Source: Gammaproteobacteria bacterium (lineage in GTDB: Bacteria > Pseudomonadota > Gammaproteobacteria > Pseudomonadales > Pseudohongiellaceae). From it: a stretch of DNA of 64,000 nt. Below, in pieces: positions 39,739-50,150 of the stretch; position 1 is the stretch's first letter, and every line of letters starts with the position of its first letter. The notes beneath the pieces are model-generated. The model saw only the letters and a list, made by a program, of their open reading frames with translations. It made no database searches and was not told the DNA's origin. Location: positions 77,659-141,658 of the forward strand of contig JAVJRC010000004.1 of assembly GCA_040218615.1 (NCBI GenBank), read 5' to 3'. The position numbers were made by a program, and so were the translations under genes.

Positions 39739-41622
39739 ATGAACTGGTCCTATAACAAGTTGTCTCTGGTGCTATTCGCGGGACTGGCGATACTGACTGC
39801 GGTCATTTACTGGCCCGGACTACACGGCGGTTTCATACTCGATGATTTTCCCAATCTGGCACTGCTTTCCATGCTGCCCGCGGATGCCAATGTTGCGCAA
39901 ATACTGAACCTGTCCACCAATGGCATCGCCAGCGAGCTGGGCAGGCCATTGTCCCTGCTAAGCTTTCTCGTGCAAGCCTCATCCTGGCCTGATGATCCGT
40001 TCAGCTTCAAGCTGGTCAACCTGTTTATACACTTGCTCAATGCCGGGCTGTTGCTGTTGTTTTTTACGCTTCTCTTCCGGGCAAACCCCAGCCTGAAGAT
40101 CAAGCCCCTCTACTTGTTGGCACTGCTTTCCTTTTGGCTGTTACACCCGATCAATGTTTCCAGCGTGCTCTATGTCGTGCAGCGAATGAACCTGCTTGCT
40201 TCCCTGTTTGTGCTGTCAGGCCTGGTCAGTTATTTATGGTGCCGGATTCGATTCCTGGAATCAGGTGGGCGTGGCTATTTTGCTGCGGCTGTCATTTCTC
40301 CGTCGATCATGTTCGTGCTCGGAGTATTGAGCAAGGAGAATGCTGCCCTGCTCTATCTGTATCTGGCGGTGATGGAAGTCACTTTGCTGGATGAAAGCCG
40401 AACAACTACCAAAGCTGGAAAGCTCAGCCAGTTGGCTGTGTTCCTCCCGCTCTTGCTGGGCATTTTGGCTTTTGTATTTTATGTGCCAGGGGTGCTGGAG
40501 GCGTATCAGCAGAAGCCATTCACATTGATCGAGCGCAGCCTGTCCCAGTTCGCCGTGCTACTAAGCTATTTGTCGAATATTCTGTTTCCGTTTCCTGACC
40601 GGTTCGGTTTGTTCCACGATGACTTCCCGGTTTACGGGTCAGTGGCTAACCTTGCTGTCGTTTTTTCGGTCGCTATTGTCCTGTTCTTGTTAGTCGCGGC
40701 CATCCGAAAGCGCAAATCACAGCCTGTGCTGAGTTTCGCGGTGTTGTGGTTTTTTGCTGGCCACGCGCTGGAATCTACCATTCTGCCGTTGGAACTGTAT
40801 TTTGAGCATCGCAATTACTTGCCAGCGGTCGGCGTGCTATTCGCCTTGATCTGGCTGCTGCAAAAGGGAGAGACCCTTTTCACCGGCACTGAGAGAATCG
40901 TCACCCGCAGTTTTACTCTGATCTTTCTGTGCTGGTTTGCAACTATCACCGTGCTGGAATCATTTCTGTGGGGGGACTCGATGACACAGGCTTACGTGGA
41001 GGTGGAAAGGCACCCCGAATCTTACCGTGCCAGCACGCACCTGGTGCAAACCGTCACCAGCAGTGGTGATCCCCAATCAGGTTTTCAACTGCACAGGCAA
41101 CTGATGGGCTCCGACAGCAATCGTGTTGGTGATTATCTTCGCTGGCTGGAGTTTGGCTGCATTTTGCAGAACCTCGAGTTGCCTGCCCAAAATGAACTGC
41201 AAGCAGTTGCCGCCAATGCCCCTATGGAATTCACCGCCATAGCACAACTCAATCGGCTGCTGCCTGCAGTGCTGAATGGTTCCTGCCCCGGCACGCTGCT
41301 ACCCGGACTAATTGTCACGATCGAGGCTTTGCTGCAGAACGAAAATTTTGCTTTCTCAAGAGCAGATCTGCTGTATGCCCTCGCCACGGTCTATGACGCA
41401 CAGGGAAATTTGAGCCGTGCAACGGAACTGGGGCAGCAGTCGTTCTCTCTCAGGCCCGGAATCAGCACCGGATTAGTGCTACTGAATTGGCTAATCGAAT
41501 CGGATAACCTGGAAGCAGCCAGGGTCTTATTGCAGCAGTTTGAATCGGAGTTTGCCCTGGAGATTGCCAGCAGAGCAGGCTTGCGCAATCAGCTTGCAGC
41601 TATTGCCGAGCGGCTCGATTGA
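39739..41622 (+). CDS. Polytopic membrane protein with C-terminal TPR domain (GT-C / PMT-TMTC-like)
   Basis: 627 aa with at least 10 predicted TM helices. ILDDFPN follows TM1, similar to the GT-C first-loop acidic motif. The C-terminal ~200 aa are helical repeats. Confidence 0.6.
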   Translation: MNWSYNKLSLVLFAGLAILTAVIYWPGLHGGFILDDFPNLALLSMLPADANVAQILNLSTNGIASELGRPLSLLSFLVQASSWPDDPFSFKLVNLFIHLLNAGLLLLFFTLLFRANPSLKIKPLYLLALLSFWLLHPINVSSVLYVVQRMNLLASLFVLSGLVSYLWCRIRFLESGGRGYFAAAVISPSIMFVLGVLSKENAALLYLYLAVMEVTLLDESRTTTKAGKLSQLAVFLPLLLGILAFVFYVPGVLEAYQQKPFTLIERSLSQFAVLLSYLSNILFPFPDRFGLFHDDFPVYGSVANLAVVFSVAIVLFLLVAAIRKRKSQPVLSFAVLWFFAGHALESTILPLELYFEHRNYLPAVGVLFALIWLLQKGETLFTGTERIVTRSFTLIFLCWFATITVLESFLWGDSMTQAYVEVERHPESYRASTHLVQTVTSSGDPQSGFQLHRQLMGSDSNRVGDYLRWLEFGCILQNLELPAQNELQAVAANAPMEFTAIAQLNRLLPAVLNGSCPGTLLPGLIVTIEALLQNENFAFSRADLLYALATVYDAQGNLSRATELGQQSFSLRPGISTGLVLLNWLIESDNLEAARVLLQQFESEFALEIASRAGLRNQLAAIAERLD

Positions 41623-41756
41623 GCCGATGAGCCTGTCCTGAAATTCCAGCAACACCGCCCTCGTCACAGAAATTACCCTGAAATCAGGGGACATTCCCAG
41701 TGTTCTGGCTTAACTTATTGCCCGGACACAAGACAGCCTGGATAACTGCGTTACCT

Positions 41757-44546
41757 ATGGATCAGCAAAAAAGTTTCATCAGCTACTCAACAGCCGCATT
41801 TTTCCTGTCCGGATGTTCGGCTCTCATCTTCGAAACAGTTTGGTTCCGGGCTGCCAGTGTCGCGCTTGGCACGACTGTCTGGAGTGCCGCAGTGGTGCTC
41901 ATGGCTTTCATGACCGGATTGGGGCTCGGCAATGCAGTCGTCGCTTTCCAGGGGCACAAAATACACAGCCCCGTTCGATTCTATGTCCTGATCGAAATCC
42001 TTATTGGTATCAGCGGTCTGGCCGCGGTGTTTCTCCTGCCAGGAGTCTCTGGCTTTGCGGCTTCCATGCTGGCAGGCCTGACCGAAAACGGCCTGTTGCT
42101 TAATGCCGCGAGGTTTTTCATCGCCTTCCTTGTCCTTTTGGTTCCAGCGACCGCCATGGGAGCCACCTTACCGGTTCTGCACAAAGCCCTGCACCGCGTT
42201 GAACAATCCTTTTCATCTTCAATCGCCAGACTTTATGGCTGGAATACTCTGGGCGCTGTAGTCGGCACACTGGCGGCTGAATTTTTCCTGATTTATTGGT
42301 TGGGCCTGAACGCTGTAGGGGTAGTCGCCTGCCTGCTGAACCTGCTGGCAGCACTGCTGCTGTTTAATTTGTTTGGTGGTGAGTTTCCAAGCTTTGACAG
42401 CAATGGCAACGAACTAGGTAAAAAGTCTTTACCACAGGCATCATGGCTGCTGATACCACCGGCAGTGATCGGTATGTCCTTGCTGGCACTGGAGATCATC
42501 TGGTTCCGTTATCTGCTGCTTACCCAGAACGAGTCAAGCACGCTATTCGCCACTATGTTGGCCATTGTCCTGGTGGGCATCGCCATGGGCGGATTGCTGG
42601 TGTCTCGAATCCGCACCTTTGCTGACAGGCTGTCGGCTAGCCTGGCCATCATTCCCGTTGTCGCCGCAGCGAGCACGGTGGCTGGCCTTGTTGCCTTTCA
42701 GTTTCTGTATTCAAACTATCTTCCTCAACTGAGGGAAAGCTTTGGATTCTTTACGCTGGCGGCGATGGTGTTGATGCTGCCTACCAGCATCGCTTCCGGC
42801 ATTCTCTTTCCACTGTATGGCGAGCGTTTCTACCAACATTACGGAGTAGACACCCAGGCCTCGGGCATGTTGACCGTGTCCAATACCCTGGGTGCAGCGC
42901 TGGGTTCCTCCCTGGCAACGCTGGTGCTGCTGCCATTACTTGGTATTGAACGCTCCCTATTGTTAATCGTCACGCTCTATTTGCTGGTAGCACTGCTGTC
43001 CATGACGCCAGCTATCACCACCGGGCTTGTGACTAAGTTCAAGGCAACGACAGTGATCGCATCAATACTGGTGCTGGCACTGTTTCCATTCGGATCCTTG
43101 CAACGCTCCTACCAAGTGTTTGACAGCTTTCTGCCTGACATGGAATTGGTAGCAGTGAATGAAAGCCTCTATTCGACTCTGCAATATTACGAAATTCGGC
43201 GGCTCGGTCAGATTGAGTCCTATCGGCTGGTGACCAATGGGTATTCCATGTCCGGCACCGATTTTTCGGGCGAGAGATACATGAAGCTTTTCGCCTATCT
43301 CCCGGCAATTCTGCACGGCAACCTCCAGGACATACTGCTGATCAGCTATGGAGTGGGGAATACAGCGGAAGCCGCAACAAACTTGTCCACCTTGCAATCA
43401 CTCGACATTGTGGATGTCTCAGAAGAGATCGTTGAGATGAGCCGACCGTTTCACCAAGTGATTGGTTACGATCCGCTGGATGACCCCAGGACAGAAGTGC
43501 ACATTGATGACGGTCGGTTTTTCCTCCAAACCACAGACAGAAAATATGACCTGATCACTGGCGAGCCTCCCCCACCCAAGGCACCGATGATTGTCAACCT
43601 GTACTCAAAAGAATTCTTCGAACTGACCTACGAGCATTTGAATCCGGGTGGCATGATCAGTTACTGGTTGCCCATCCACGATCTGCACGACAGTGACTCA
43701 ATTGCCATCATCAAGGCGTTCTGCGAGGTTTACCGGGATTGCAGCCTGTGGAATGGCTACAATATGGATTGGATTTTATTAGGTAGCCGAGATGGCCTGC
43801 CTGCCATGGATGAACAGGTGCTGCAGGAAAATTGGGCGCGCTATGCAAACCAGGAACTGAGTGACATCGGCATTGAAACTCGAGGATTGCTCGGTGCCAC
43901 ATTCATGGCCGATGCGGCAGAACTCAATCGCCTGAGCCAGCGCTTTCTTCCCGTTACCGACAACTACCCGCAAAGGATCTCGCCCTCTACACAGGGTATG
44001 CTGGACCCGTCACCGCTGTACGCGCATTTACTCAATATAGACACCAGAAAACAGCGATTTCGTGAGAGCGATTACATCAATTTTCTGCTGCCGAACAGTT
44101 TTCGGCAAGAAGTGAACCAGGCCTTCGAATATGAACGCATTGCCAGTCTGGTAGCCCTAAACCCTCACATGGATTATACGCTTCCCTATTACTGGGATGG
44201 CTTGAGTCAGCTAATGGAGGATTCCCAATTGAGAGTTCTGCCGCTGCTGCTGTTGGGGAGTAATCCCAGAGAGCAATCGATTCGAGCGGGAATGCGGGAT
44301 GGAACAGATCTGAATACTCGCGCTGCCTTGATTAAACATCTCCTGGTAGAGCGCGACTATGCAGCGCTGGAGCTTGAAGCCGAAAGATATTTGCGCATTG
44401 AAACCGATCAAAATACGCGACTTTTTATCAGCCAGATCCAGATGCTGGCAAAAGCTTTGCAGGGCACGCTGTCTGATTCGGATGTACAAAACTCTTTAGC
44501 AGCCAGCGATGCTCGATTCGTTGACTGGATCAAAGCCAAGTACTAG
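41757..44546 (+). CDS. Fused polytopic membrane domain / spermidine-synthase-like protein
   Basis: N-terminal ~470 aa is multi-TM. The central domain has ILLISYGVGNTAEA and YDLITGEPPPP, a class I SAM/dcSAM-binding spermidine-synthase pattern. The C-terminus is helical. The start could be ATG 41757 or GTG 41700. Confidence 0.7.
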   Translation: MDQQKSFISYSTAAFFLSGCSALIFETVWFRAASVALGTTVWSAAVVLMAFMTGLGLGNAVVAFQGHKIHSPVRFYVLIEILIGISGLAAVFLLPGVSGFAASMLAGLTENGLLLNAARFFIAFLVLLVPATAMGATLPVLHKALHRVEQSFSSSIARLYGWNTLGAVVGTLAAEFFLIYWLGLNAVGVVACLLNLLAALLLFNLFGGEFPSFDSNGNELGKKSLPQASWLLIPPAVIGMSLLALEIIWFRYLLLTQNESSTLFATMLAIVLVGIAMGGLLVSRIRTFADRLSASLAIIPVVAAASTVAGLVAFQFLYSNYLPQLRESFGFFTLAAMVLMLPTSIASGILFPLYGERFYQHYGVDTQASGMLTVSNTLGAALGSSLATLVLLPLLGIERSLLLIVTLYLLVALLSMTPAITTGLVTKFKATTVIASILVLALFPFGSLQRSYQVFDSFLPDMELVAVNESLYSTLQYYEIRRLGQIESYRLVTNGYSMSGTDFSGERYMKLFAYLPAILHGNLQDILLISYGVGNTAEAATNLSTLQSLDIVDVSEEIVEMSRPFHQVIGYDPLDDPRTEVHIDDGRFFLQTTDRKYDLITGEPPPPKAPMIVNLYSKEFFELTYEHLNPGGMISYWLPIHDLHDSDSIAIIKAFCEVYRDCSLWNGYNMDWILLGSRDGLPAMDEQVLQENWARYANQELSDIGIETRGLLGATFMADAAELNRLSQRFLPVTDNYPQRISPSTQGMLDPSPLYAHLLNIDTRKQRFRESDYINFLLPNSFRQEVNQAFEYERIASLVALNPHMDYTLPYYWDGLSQLMEDSQLRVLPLLLLGSNPREQSIRAGMRDGTDLNTRAALIKHLLVERDYAALELEAERYLRIETDQNTRLFISQIQMLAKALQGTLSDSDVQNSLAASDARFVDWIKAKY

Positions 44547-44824
44547 GGGGCAATTCTTCACATTCAGCCCGAGGTTGCTTCTTGCGAAAAACAGAATTGC
44601 CCACCTAGCACCAGCAAAATGTAGTCGGATTGAGCATATCGGAATCAGTGCAAACATCTAGCAAACCACAGGTGGACAAGCGGTTTACCGAAGTTTACTG
44701 CCCGGGGTTTAGCAAGCGATCTATGGAAAGGACCCTTCCAGATAAGCACTAACTCGTTGTTTCCCTTCATTTTGTGCTAAATTGCGGCGCTGCAGAGAAA
44801 ATCAGCAATCTGCAAGGAACCCCC

Positions 44825-45292
44825 ATGTCTCAACTCCACTGGGAATGCCGACGATTCAGCGAATTGTCCCTCGAACAACTCTATGCCCTGCTGCAACTGC
44901 GGGCCGAGGTGTTCGTGTTGGAGCAGCAATGCCCCTACCAGGATCCGGATGGTAATGACCAGGAGGCGCTGCATGTGCTGGGTGCGGCTGACGGGAAATT
45001 ACTGGCCTATACCCGCTTGCTGCCCCCTGGTATCAGATATGAGGGCTGCTCCATTGGCCGTGTGGTGACAAGCCCGGAAATTCGTGGAGATGGAACAGGT
45101 CGGCAACTGATGGAGAAATCTATCCAGTATTGCCACGAGAACTGGGGCGAATCGGACATCACAATTTCTGCTCAGCAATACCTGGAAAAGTTCTATAATG
45201 GGCTGGGATTTGAAACAGAATCCGAGCCATACCAGGAAGACGGAATACCTCATGTCCAGATGCGACTCCCCGCCAGCAAACAGAGTGACTAG
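44825..45292 (+). CDS. elaA: GNAT family N-acetyltransferase ElaA
   Basis: LSLEQLYALLQLRAEVFVLEQQCPYQDPDG...YQEDGIPHVQM is closely parallel to E. coli ElaA. Confidence 0.85.
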   Translation: MSQLHWECRRFSELSLEQLYALLQLRAEVFVLEQQCPYQDPDGNDQEALHVLGAADGKLLAYTRLLPPGIRYEGCSIGRVVTSPEIRGDGTGRQLMEKSIQYCHENWGESDITISAQQYLEKFYNGLGFETESEPYQEDGIPHVQMRLPASKQSD

Positions 45293-45295
45293 TCT

Positions 45296-46366
45296 TTGAG
45301 CCAGAATGAAGACAAGCTGGAATTCGATTTCGAGCGAATATCCATACTGTTTACCAACACAACCACAGGGTATGTAGGTATTGCCGCTGCCAGTTGCAGC
45401 ATGGCTTTTCTTATAGCCATCATGGCGACACCTGAATATGCCATTGCCTGGTTGCTGGCCATGTTTCTTAGCTATGTTCCCAGGATACTTCTTTCTATCA
45501 GCTTTAAACGCAAACTGGCTACTGGTGAAATCGACAAGAACAATATCGGCGCTTGGGAAAACCACTTTTTCAATTTCAGTATCGTACCCTTTGTCTGCTT
45601 TGCCCTGGCCGTAATAATCCCCTACGGGCCGAATATCCTCACCAGCTTGTTGTTTTATGCCATTGCCATGATGGCGCTAGTTGCCGGCGGCATTCTGACC
45701 TACAGCACCTCGCTGCCTGCCATCATGTTGTTTCTCCACGTGGCCATGCTGCCACTGATCGGCAGAATTTTGTTTGTTGAAGGCATACTGGCCAATGCCT
45801 TGCTGGTGATCCTGATCATCAGCTACGTGATGTTGATCAGGCTTATCCCCAGGCAGAACCGGGTGTTGCTGGAAAACATTGCCCTGAAAATCGAAAACAG
45901 GTCACAGTCCCTTACCGACCCATTGACGAGGCTGGCGAACAGAAGACGTCTCTACCTTTTCATGGAAGACCTGGCACCTGTATCCGAACGCCAAAAAGAT
46001 CCGTTTACCATCGTCTTGCTGGATGTGGATCATTTCAAGAAATACAACGACACCTACGGACACAGCGCGGGGGATGAGCTACTCATCAAACTGGCAAGAA
46101 TCCTCACCGACTGCTCACGTGACCAGGACCTGGTTGTGCGCTACGGTGGAGAGGAATTTTTGTTGGTATTGCCCTCGACTAAACTGGAAGCAGCAAAAGT
46201 CGTCTGCAATCGTATAAGCGAAGCCGTCAAGCAACAAACAGACGTAACCATAAGCGGCGGACTCGCCATGCAATCCGAAGGGACGCCTTTCGAAGAGTTA
46301 ATTGAACAGGCAGATGCCAAGCTCTATGAGGCGAAGGAAAGCGGGCGAGATGCGATTCTTGCCTAG
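45296..46366 (+). CDS. Membrane-anchored diguanylate cyclase (GGDEF)
   Basis: 5-6 TM N-terminus, then a GGDEF domain with RYGGEEFLLVLP active site. The TTG start at 45296 is uncertain. Confidence 0.85.
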   Translation: MSQNEDKLEFDFERISILFTNTTTGYVGIAAASCSMAFLIAIMATPEYAIAWLLAMFLSYVPRILLSISFKRKLATGEIDKNNIGAWENHFFNFSIVPFVCFALAVIIPYGPNILTSLLFYAIAMMALVAGGILTYSTSLPAIMLFLHVAMLPLIGRILFVEGILANALLVILIISYVMLIRLIPRQNRVLLENIALKIENRSQSLTDPLTRLANRRRLYLFMEDLAPVSERQKDPFTIVLLDVDHFKKYNDTYGHSAGDELLIKLARILTDCSRDQDLVVRYGGEEFLLVLPSTKLEAAKVVCNRISEAVKQQTDVTISGGLAMQSEGTPFEELIEQADAKLYEAKESGRDAILA

Positions 46367-46374
46367 CGTACTGC

Positions 46375-47841
46375 CTAGCCGAGGGCTGTCTTGACGCCGT
46401 CGAACTGGGAGAGCGCGGCTTCATCCTGCACCGGCCAGAACTTGCTCACTGCCACAATGGCCAGGGAAGCAAACAGAAAACCTGGCACGATTTCATAAAG
46501 GTCGAACAGGCCTCCACTCAGATTTGACCACAGCACCACGGTAACCGCTCCCAGCACCATTCCTATAATGGCTGAGTTGGCAGTCATCTCTCGCCATAGT
46601 AGAGAAAACAGGATTACCGGCCCGAAGGAAGCGCCGAATCCGGCCCAGGCATAGCTGACCAGATCCAGTACCCTGCTGTTGCGGTCACTGGCGATAAACA
46701 GTGCCAATAGTGCGATTACCAGTACGGCTATGCGGCTCACTCTCAGCAATTCTTTTTGCGAAGCGCCAGGTCTAACAAATACCCGATACACATCCTCGCT
46801 GATCACACTGGACGAAACCAGAAGTTGTGAATCGATGGTGGACATAATGGCTGACAGAATCGCCGCTGTAATGATTCCTGCAATCCAGGGATTGAACAAA
46901 GTCTGGCTGAGTGCGATAAACACGGTTTCCGGATTATCCAAAGGTGCATCGGCAAAGTAGGCTATGCCGGCCAGTCCAGTGGTAACCGAACCGAACAACA
47001 CAAGCAGCATCCAACTCATGGCGATGCGCCGCGCAGGAACCAGCTTTTCAGCACTTTCAGCCGCCATGAATCGAGCCAGGATATGCGGTTGCCCCATGTA
47101 GCCCAGCCCCCAGGCAATCAGGGACACGAAACCGATCAAGCCCAGATCTCCCAACAGTTCAGTGCTGCGCGGATTAACGGCTTGCATTTGTTCCCACATG
47201 GGAGCGAACCCACCCGCGCTCTGAACAACGACCACCGGTGTAATCAGCAAAGCTGCCAGCATCAGCAATGCCTGGATCGCATCGGTCCAGGCCACGGCCA
47301 GAAAGCCGCCGAAAAAGGTGTAGGTCACGATCACCAGGCCACCCACCAGCAAGGCGGTTGAATAGTCGAGTCCGAAGCTGCTTTCAAAGAGTATGGCACC
47401 CCCAACCAGCCCGGAAGCGGTATAGAAGGTAAAGAACAGCAGGATGACAGCGGCGGACAGGCAGCGCAGCATTCGCGTCTTGTCCTGGAAGCGATTCTCG
47501 AAATAATCTGGCAAGGTCAGCGAGTTGCCGGCCTGCTGGCTATAGACGCGCAAAGGGCGAGCCACGAACAACCAGTTAAACCAGGCCCCCAGTGTGAGCC
47601 CTATGCCGATCCAGATTTCACTCAGCCCGCTGAGGTAGATGGCGCCTGGCAGACCCAGCAACAGCCAGCCGCTCATATCCGAGGCACCCACGCTCAGCGC
47701 CGTCACTGCGGAACCCAGTTTGCGCCCACCCAGAATATAGTCGCCCAGGTCGTGGGTACGGCGGTAAGCCTTGACCCCCAGATACAGAATCAGCAGCAAA
47801 TAGGCGAGAAAGGTAACGAGGAGAGGCTGGTCAAATTCCAT
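46375..47841 (-). CDS. putP: Sodium/proline symporter
   Basis: 488 aa SSS-family transporter, with an N-terminus typical of PutP (YILGGRKLGSAVTALSVGASDMSGW). Confidence 0.88.
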   Translation of the reverse strand: MEFDQPLLVTFLAYLLLILYLGVKAYRRTHDLGDYILGGRKLGSAVTALSVGASDMSGWLLLGLPGAIYLSGLSEIWIGIGLTLGAWFNWLFVARPLRVYSQQAGNSLTLPDYFENRFQDKTRMLRCLSAAVILLFFTFYTASGLVGGAILFESSFGLDYSTALLVGGLVIVTYTFFGGFLAVAWTDAIQALLMLAALLITPVVVVQSAGGFAPMWEQMQAVNPRSTELLGDLGLIGFVSLIAWGLGYMGQPHILARFMAAESAEKLVPARRIAMSWMLLVLFGSVTTGLAGIAYFADAPLDNPETVFIALSQTLFNPWIAGIITAAILSAIMSTIDSQLLVSSSVISEDVYRVFVRPGASQKELLRVSRIAVLVIALLALFIASDRNSRVLDLVSYAWAGFGASFGPVILFSLLWREMTANSAIIGMVLGAVTVVLWSNLSGGLFDLYEIVPGFLFASLAIVAVSKFWPVQDEAALSQFDGVKTALG

Positions 47842-48107
47842 GCAAGCACACTTATCAGGGCATTACTGCTTCCGGACCCACACGGGCTGCCGGGCATCGC
47901 TAAAAGTGCGCCATTCTACAGTTTTCTGGCCCTGGCTGGGCAAATCCCTCCTCGGAAGTACCAATTCCGCCAGTTCGAAGGCCCAATGTGTCATATTGAG
48001 GCTTAATTACTATATTAAATAGTTTACAAATATCCATTATCTACAGATATATAAAGTAAATACTTTACTATTAATGCCGATAACACTGGAGAGGGTCAGG
48101 AGCTCAC

Positions 48108-48740
48108 ATGGAACTTCCCCAGAGCCAGCAAGCCATACTGCAGCGTCTCAAGGTGCGCGGGCCTCAGTCGGTTAAAATCCTTGCAAATCAACTGGCTATA
48201 ACGACCATGGGGGTGCGCCAGCACATCGCAGAGCTGGAGACTCGTGGGTTCGTGGCCCAGACTGCGGAAACCCGGCAAACACGGGGCCGCCCGGTACACT
48301 ACTGGCAACTCACTGCCCGTGGCCATCAGCAATTTCAGGATACCCATGACGAGTGCCTCACTGGCTTAATCTCGGCGATTGAGCTGGAACACGGTGAATC
48401 GGGCCTTGAACAACTGGTTGCCCGGCAATCCCAGTCCCTGGAACAACGCTATCGGGAAGAATTAGGCACCGCAGGCCCGGAGCTGGAAGTGAAACTGCAG
48501 CGCCTGGCTGAACTTCGTGACGCCGATGGCTTTATGGCTGAAATTCGTCTGCTCCCCGATGGCTGGATGTTGATAGAGAATCACTGCCCCATCATGAAAG
48601 CAGCCCAATCCTGCGGACAGTATTGTGCATCCGAACTGGACATGTTTCGTTCCCTGCTGGACAACGCGGCCAGCGTGGACCGGGTCGACCATGTCCTGGC
48701 CGGTGCCCGCCGCTGTGCCTACAAGATTTGCCAGCTCTAA
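48108..48740 (+). CDS. Winged-helix transcriptional regulator with Cys-rich C-terminal domain
   Basis: N-terminal wHTH (ILQRLKVRGPQSVKILANQLAITTMGVRQHIAELE). C-terminus has HCPIMKAAQSCGQYC (C-x8-C-x3-C) plus C-x4-C at the end. Confidence 0.65.
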   Translation: MELPQSQQAILQRLKVRGPQSVKILANQLAITTMGVRQHIAELETRGFVAQTAETRQTRGRPVHYWQLTARGHQQFQDTHDECLTGLISAIELEHGESGLEQLVARQSQSLEQRYREELGTAGPELEVKLQRLAELRDADGFMAEIRLLPDGWMLIENHCPIMKAAQSCGQYCASELDMFRSLLDNAASVDRVDHVLAGARRCAYKICQL

Positions 48741-48827
48741 CCCGCTAACTCGTTGATTTCCTGTTATAGTGGCGCCCTGAATTTCCCTGCCCCAGGACCT
48801 GGGCGCAGCACCTCTTGAATATGAAGC

Positions 48828-50150
48828 ATGAATAGACGCAGTCTCTTTCTATCCAGCATTGTCCTGATCACAGCCCTCGTGTTTGGGGTGGTCCCCAAGC
48901 TGATTGGCATGAATTTGCGCGAAGTCGCGATTGCCAACCTGTTTGCCTTGATTCCGCCTGAATACGCGCGACAGCTCCAGATCAACGAGACCCGGTTCGA
49001 TTCTGGCTGGTTTGGCTCACAGGCCCGGTTCGATCTTGAATACAATGCATTGGGTCTGGCAGATCCACTGGTGTTGACCCTGGAATTTGACTTCGGTCAC
49101 GGACCGCTACTCTTCACTGATGCTGGCCTGGCTATAGGTCTGGCCTACGCCCGAATCAACCCGACTTTTGATAGCAGAGAAATCACAGAAGCCTTCAGCG
49201 ATGTGCCCTTCGACCTTCCCGAGCTGGAAATGAACCTGCTCAGCGAATTCGACCAGACACTGACGGTGCAATTGCTAATCGGACCCACCACTCACACTGA
49301 AGAGGGTGTATTGGTGACTTTTGGCGGACTCACTGGCACCCTGGTTGCCAACGCGGATCAGTCCGCTGAAATCACTGTTGAACTGGGTACTTTCAGTGCT
49401 GAGGAAGGTGCCAACGGGTTTACCTTGCAAGGTCTGACCGTGGACAGCCAGACCGAACAGCTCAGCGACCTTTTGGCACCGAGCTCTGCTGACCTGACGA
49501 TTCCATCACTTTCGGCAACCGGCGTTGCCGCCTTTACCGCTGCGGATATCTCTGCCCAGTCCAGACTGATGGCAAACCCGGGGAGCAATGAGCAGATCGA
49601 TATCACCCAGGTAATTGCCCTGGGCAAGCTGCTCAGCGATTACCCACTCGAATCCTTTACCTGGACGTCAGAGATCAGGGAACTGCGCAAGGAAGTGATT
49701 CGCAGCTACTACGAAATTTTGAATTCCGCCCAATCCGCAACTTCAGGTAATGCCGATCCGGATTTGGAAGCACTTGCGCAACAGATGTTGCTGGTAATGG
49801 CGCACAACAGTCTGATCTTCAATAATAATATTGAAGCCAATGTGTACGCAGGCGATCACTCCCTGGAATTATTGGTTAACTGGTTGGGGCTACCCCAGCT
49901 CGGCAGTGTCAGTGAATTGAGCGTGGAACAAATCATCTCTGCACTGGAGGTGGAGTTACAGTTGTCGCTGGACCTGGAAGCCATCGCTCGCAGCCCCTTT
50001 GCCAGCATGATCGACCCCTATGTACAGGAAGGATACATCACCCTGGACAATGGCCGGGTGCTGCTGGATGTCTCACTTATCAATGAACAACTCTTTATTA
50101 ACGGTGAAGTGACCGAGCTTGGAAACTTTACCATCCGACAAAATCTATGA
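48828..50150 (+). CDS. YdgA-like DUF945 family protein
   Basis: 440 aa with an N-terminal signal-anchor. [13 protein letters not shown] and overall composition resemble YdgA/DUF945. Confidence 0.65.
   Translation: MNRRSLFLSSIVLITALVFGVVPKLIGMNLREVAIANLFALIPPEYARQLQINETRFDSGWFGSQARFDLEYNALGLADPLVLTLEFDFGHGPLLFTDAGLAIGLAYARINPTFDSREITEAFSDVPFDLPELEMNLLSEFDQTLTVQLLIGPTTHTEEGVLVTFGGLTGTLVANADQSAEITVELGTFSAEEGANGFTLQGLTVDSQTEQLSDLLAPSSADLTIPSLSATGVAAFTAADISAQSRLMANPGSNEQIDITQVIALGKLLSDYPLESFTWTSEIRELRKEVIRSYYEILNSAQSATSGNADPDLEALAQQMLLVMAHNSLIFNNNIEANVYAGDHSLELLVNWLGLPQLGSVSELSVEQIISALEVELQLSLDLEAIARSPFASMIDPYVQEGYITLDNGRVLLDVSLINEQLFINGEVTELGNFTIRQNL

Noticed and set aside
35001-47841. A genomic island integrated at tRNA-Arg and carrying the arsenic/TPR genes.
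   Set aside because: No integrase, transposase, flanking direct repeat or obvious compositional break. The genes also lie on the 5' side of the tRNA, whereas integrases normally target the 3' end. It remains possible but is unsupported in this window.
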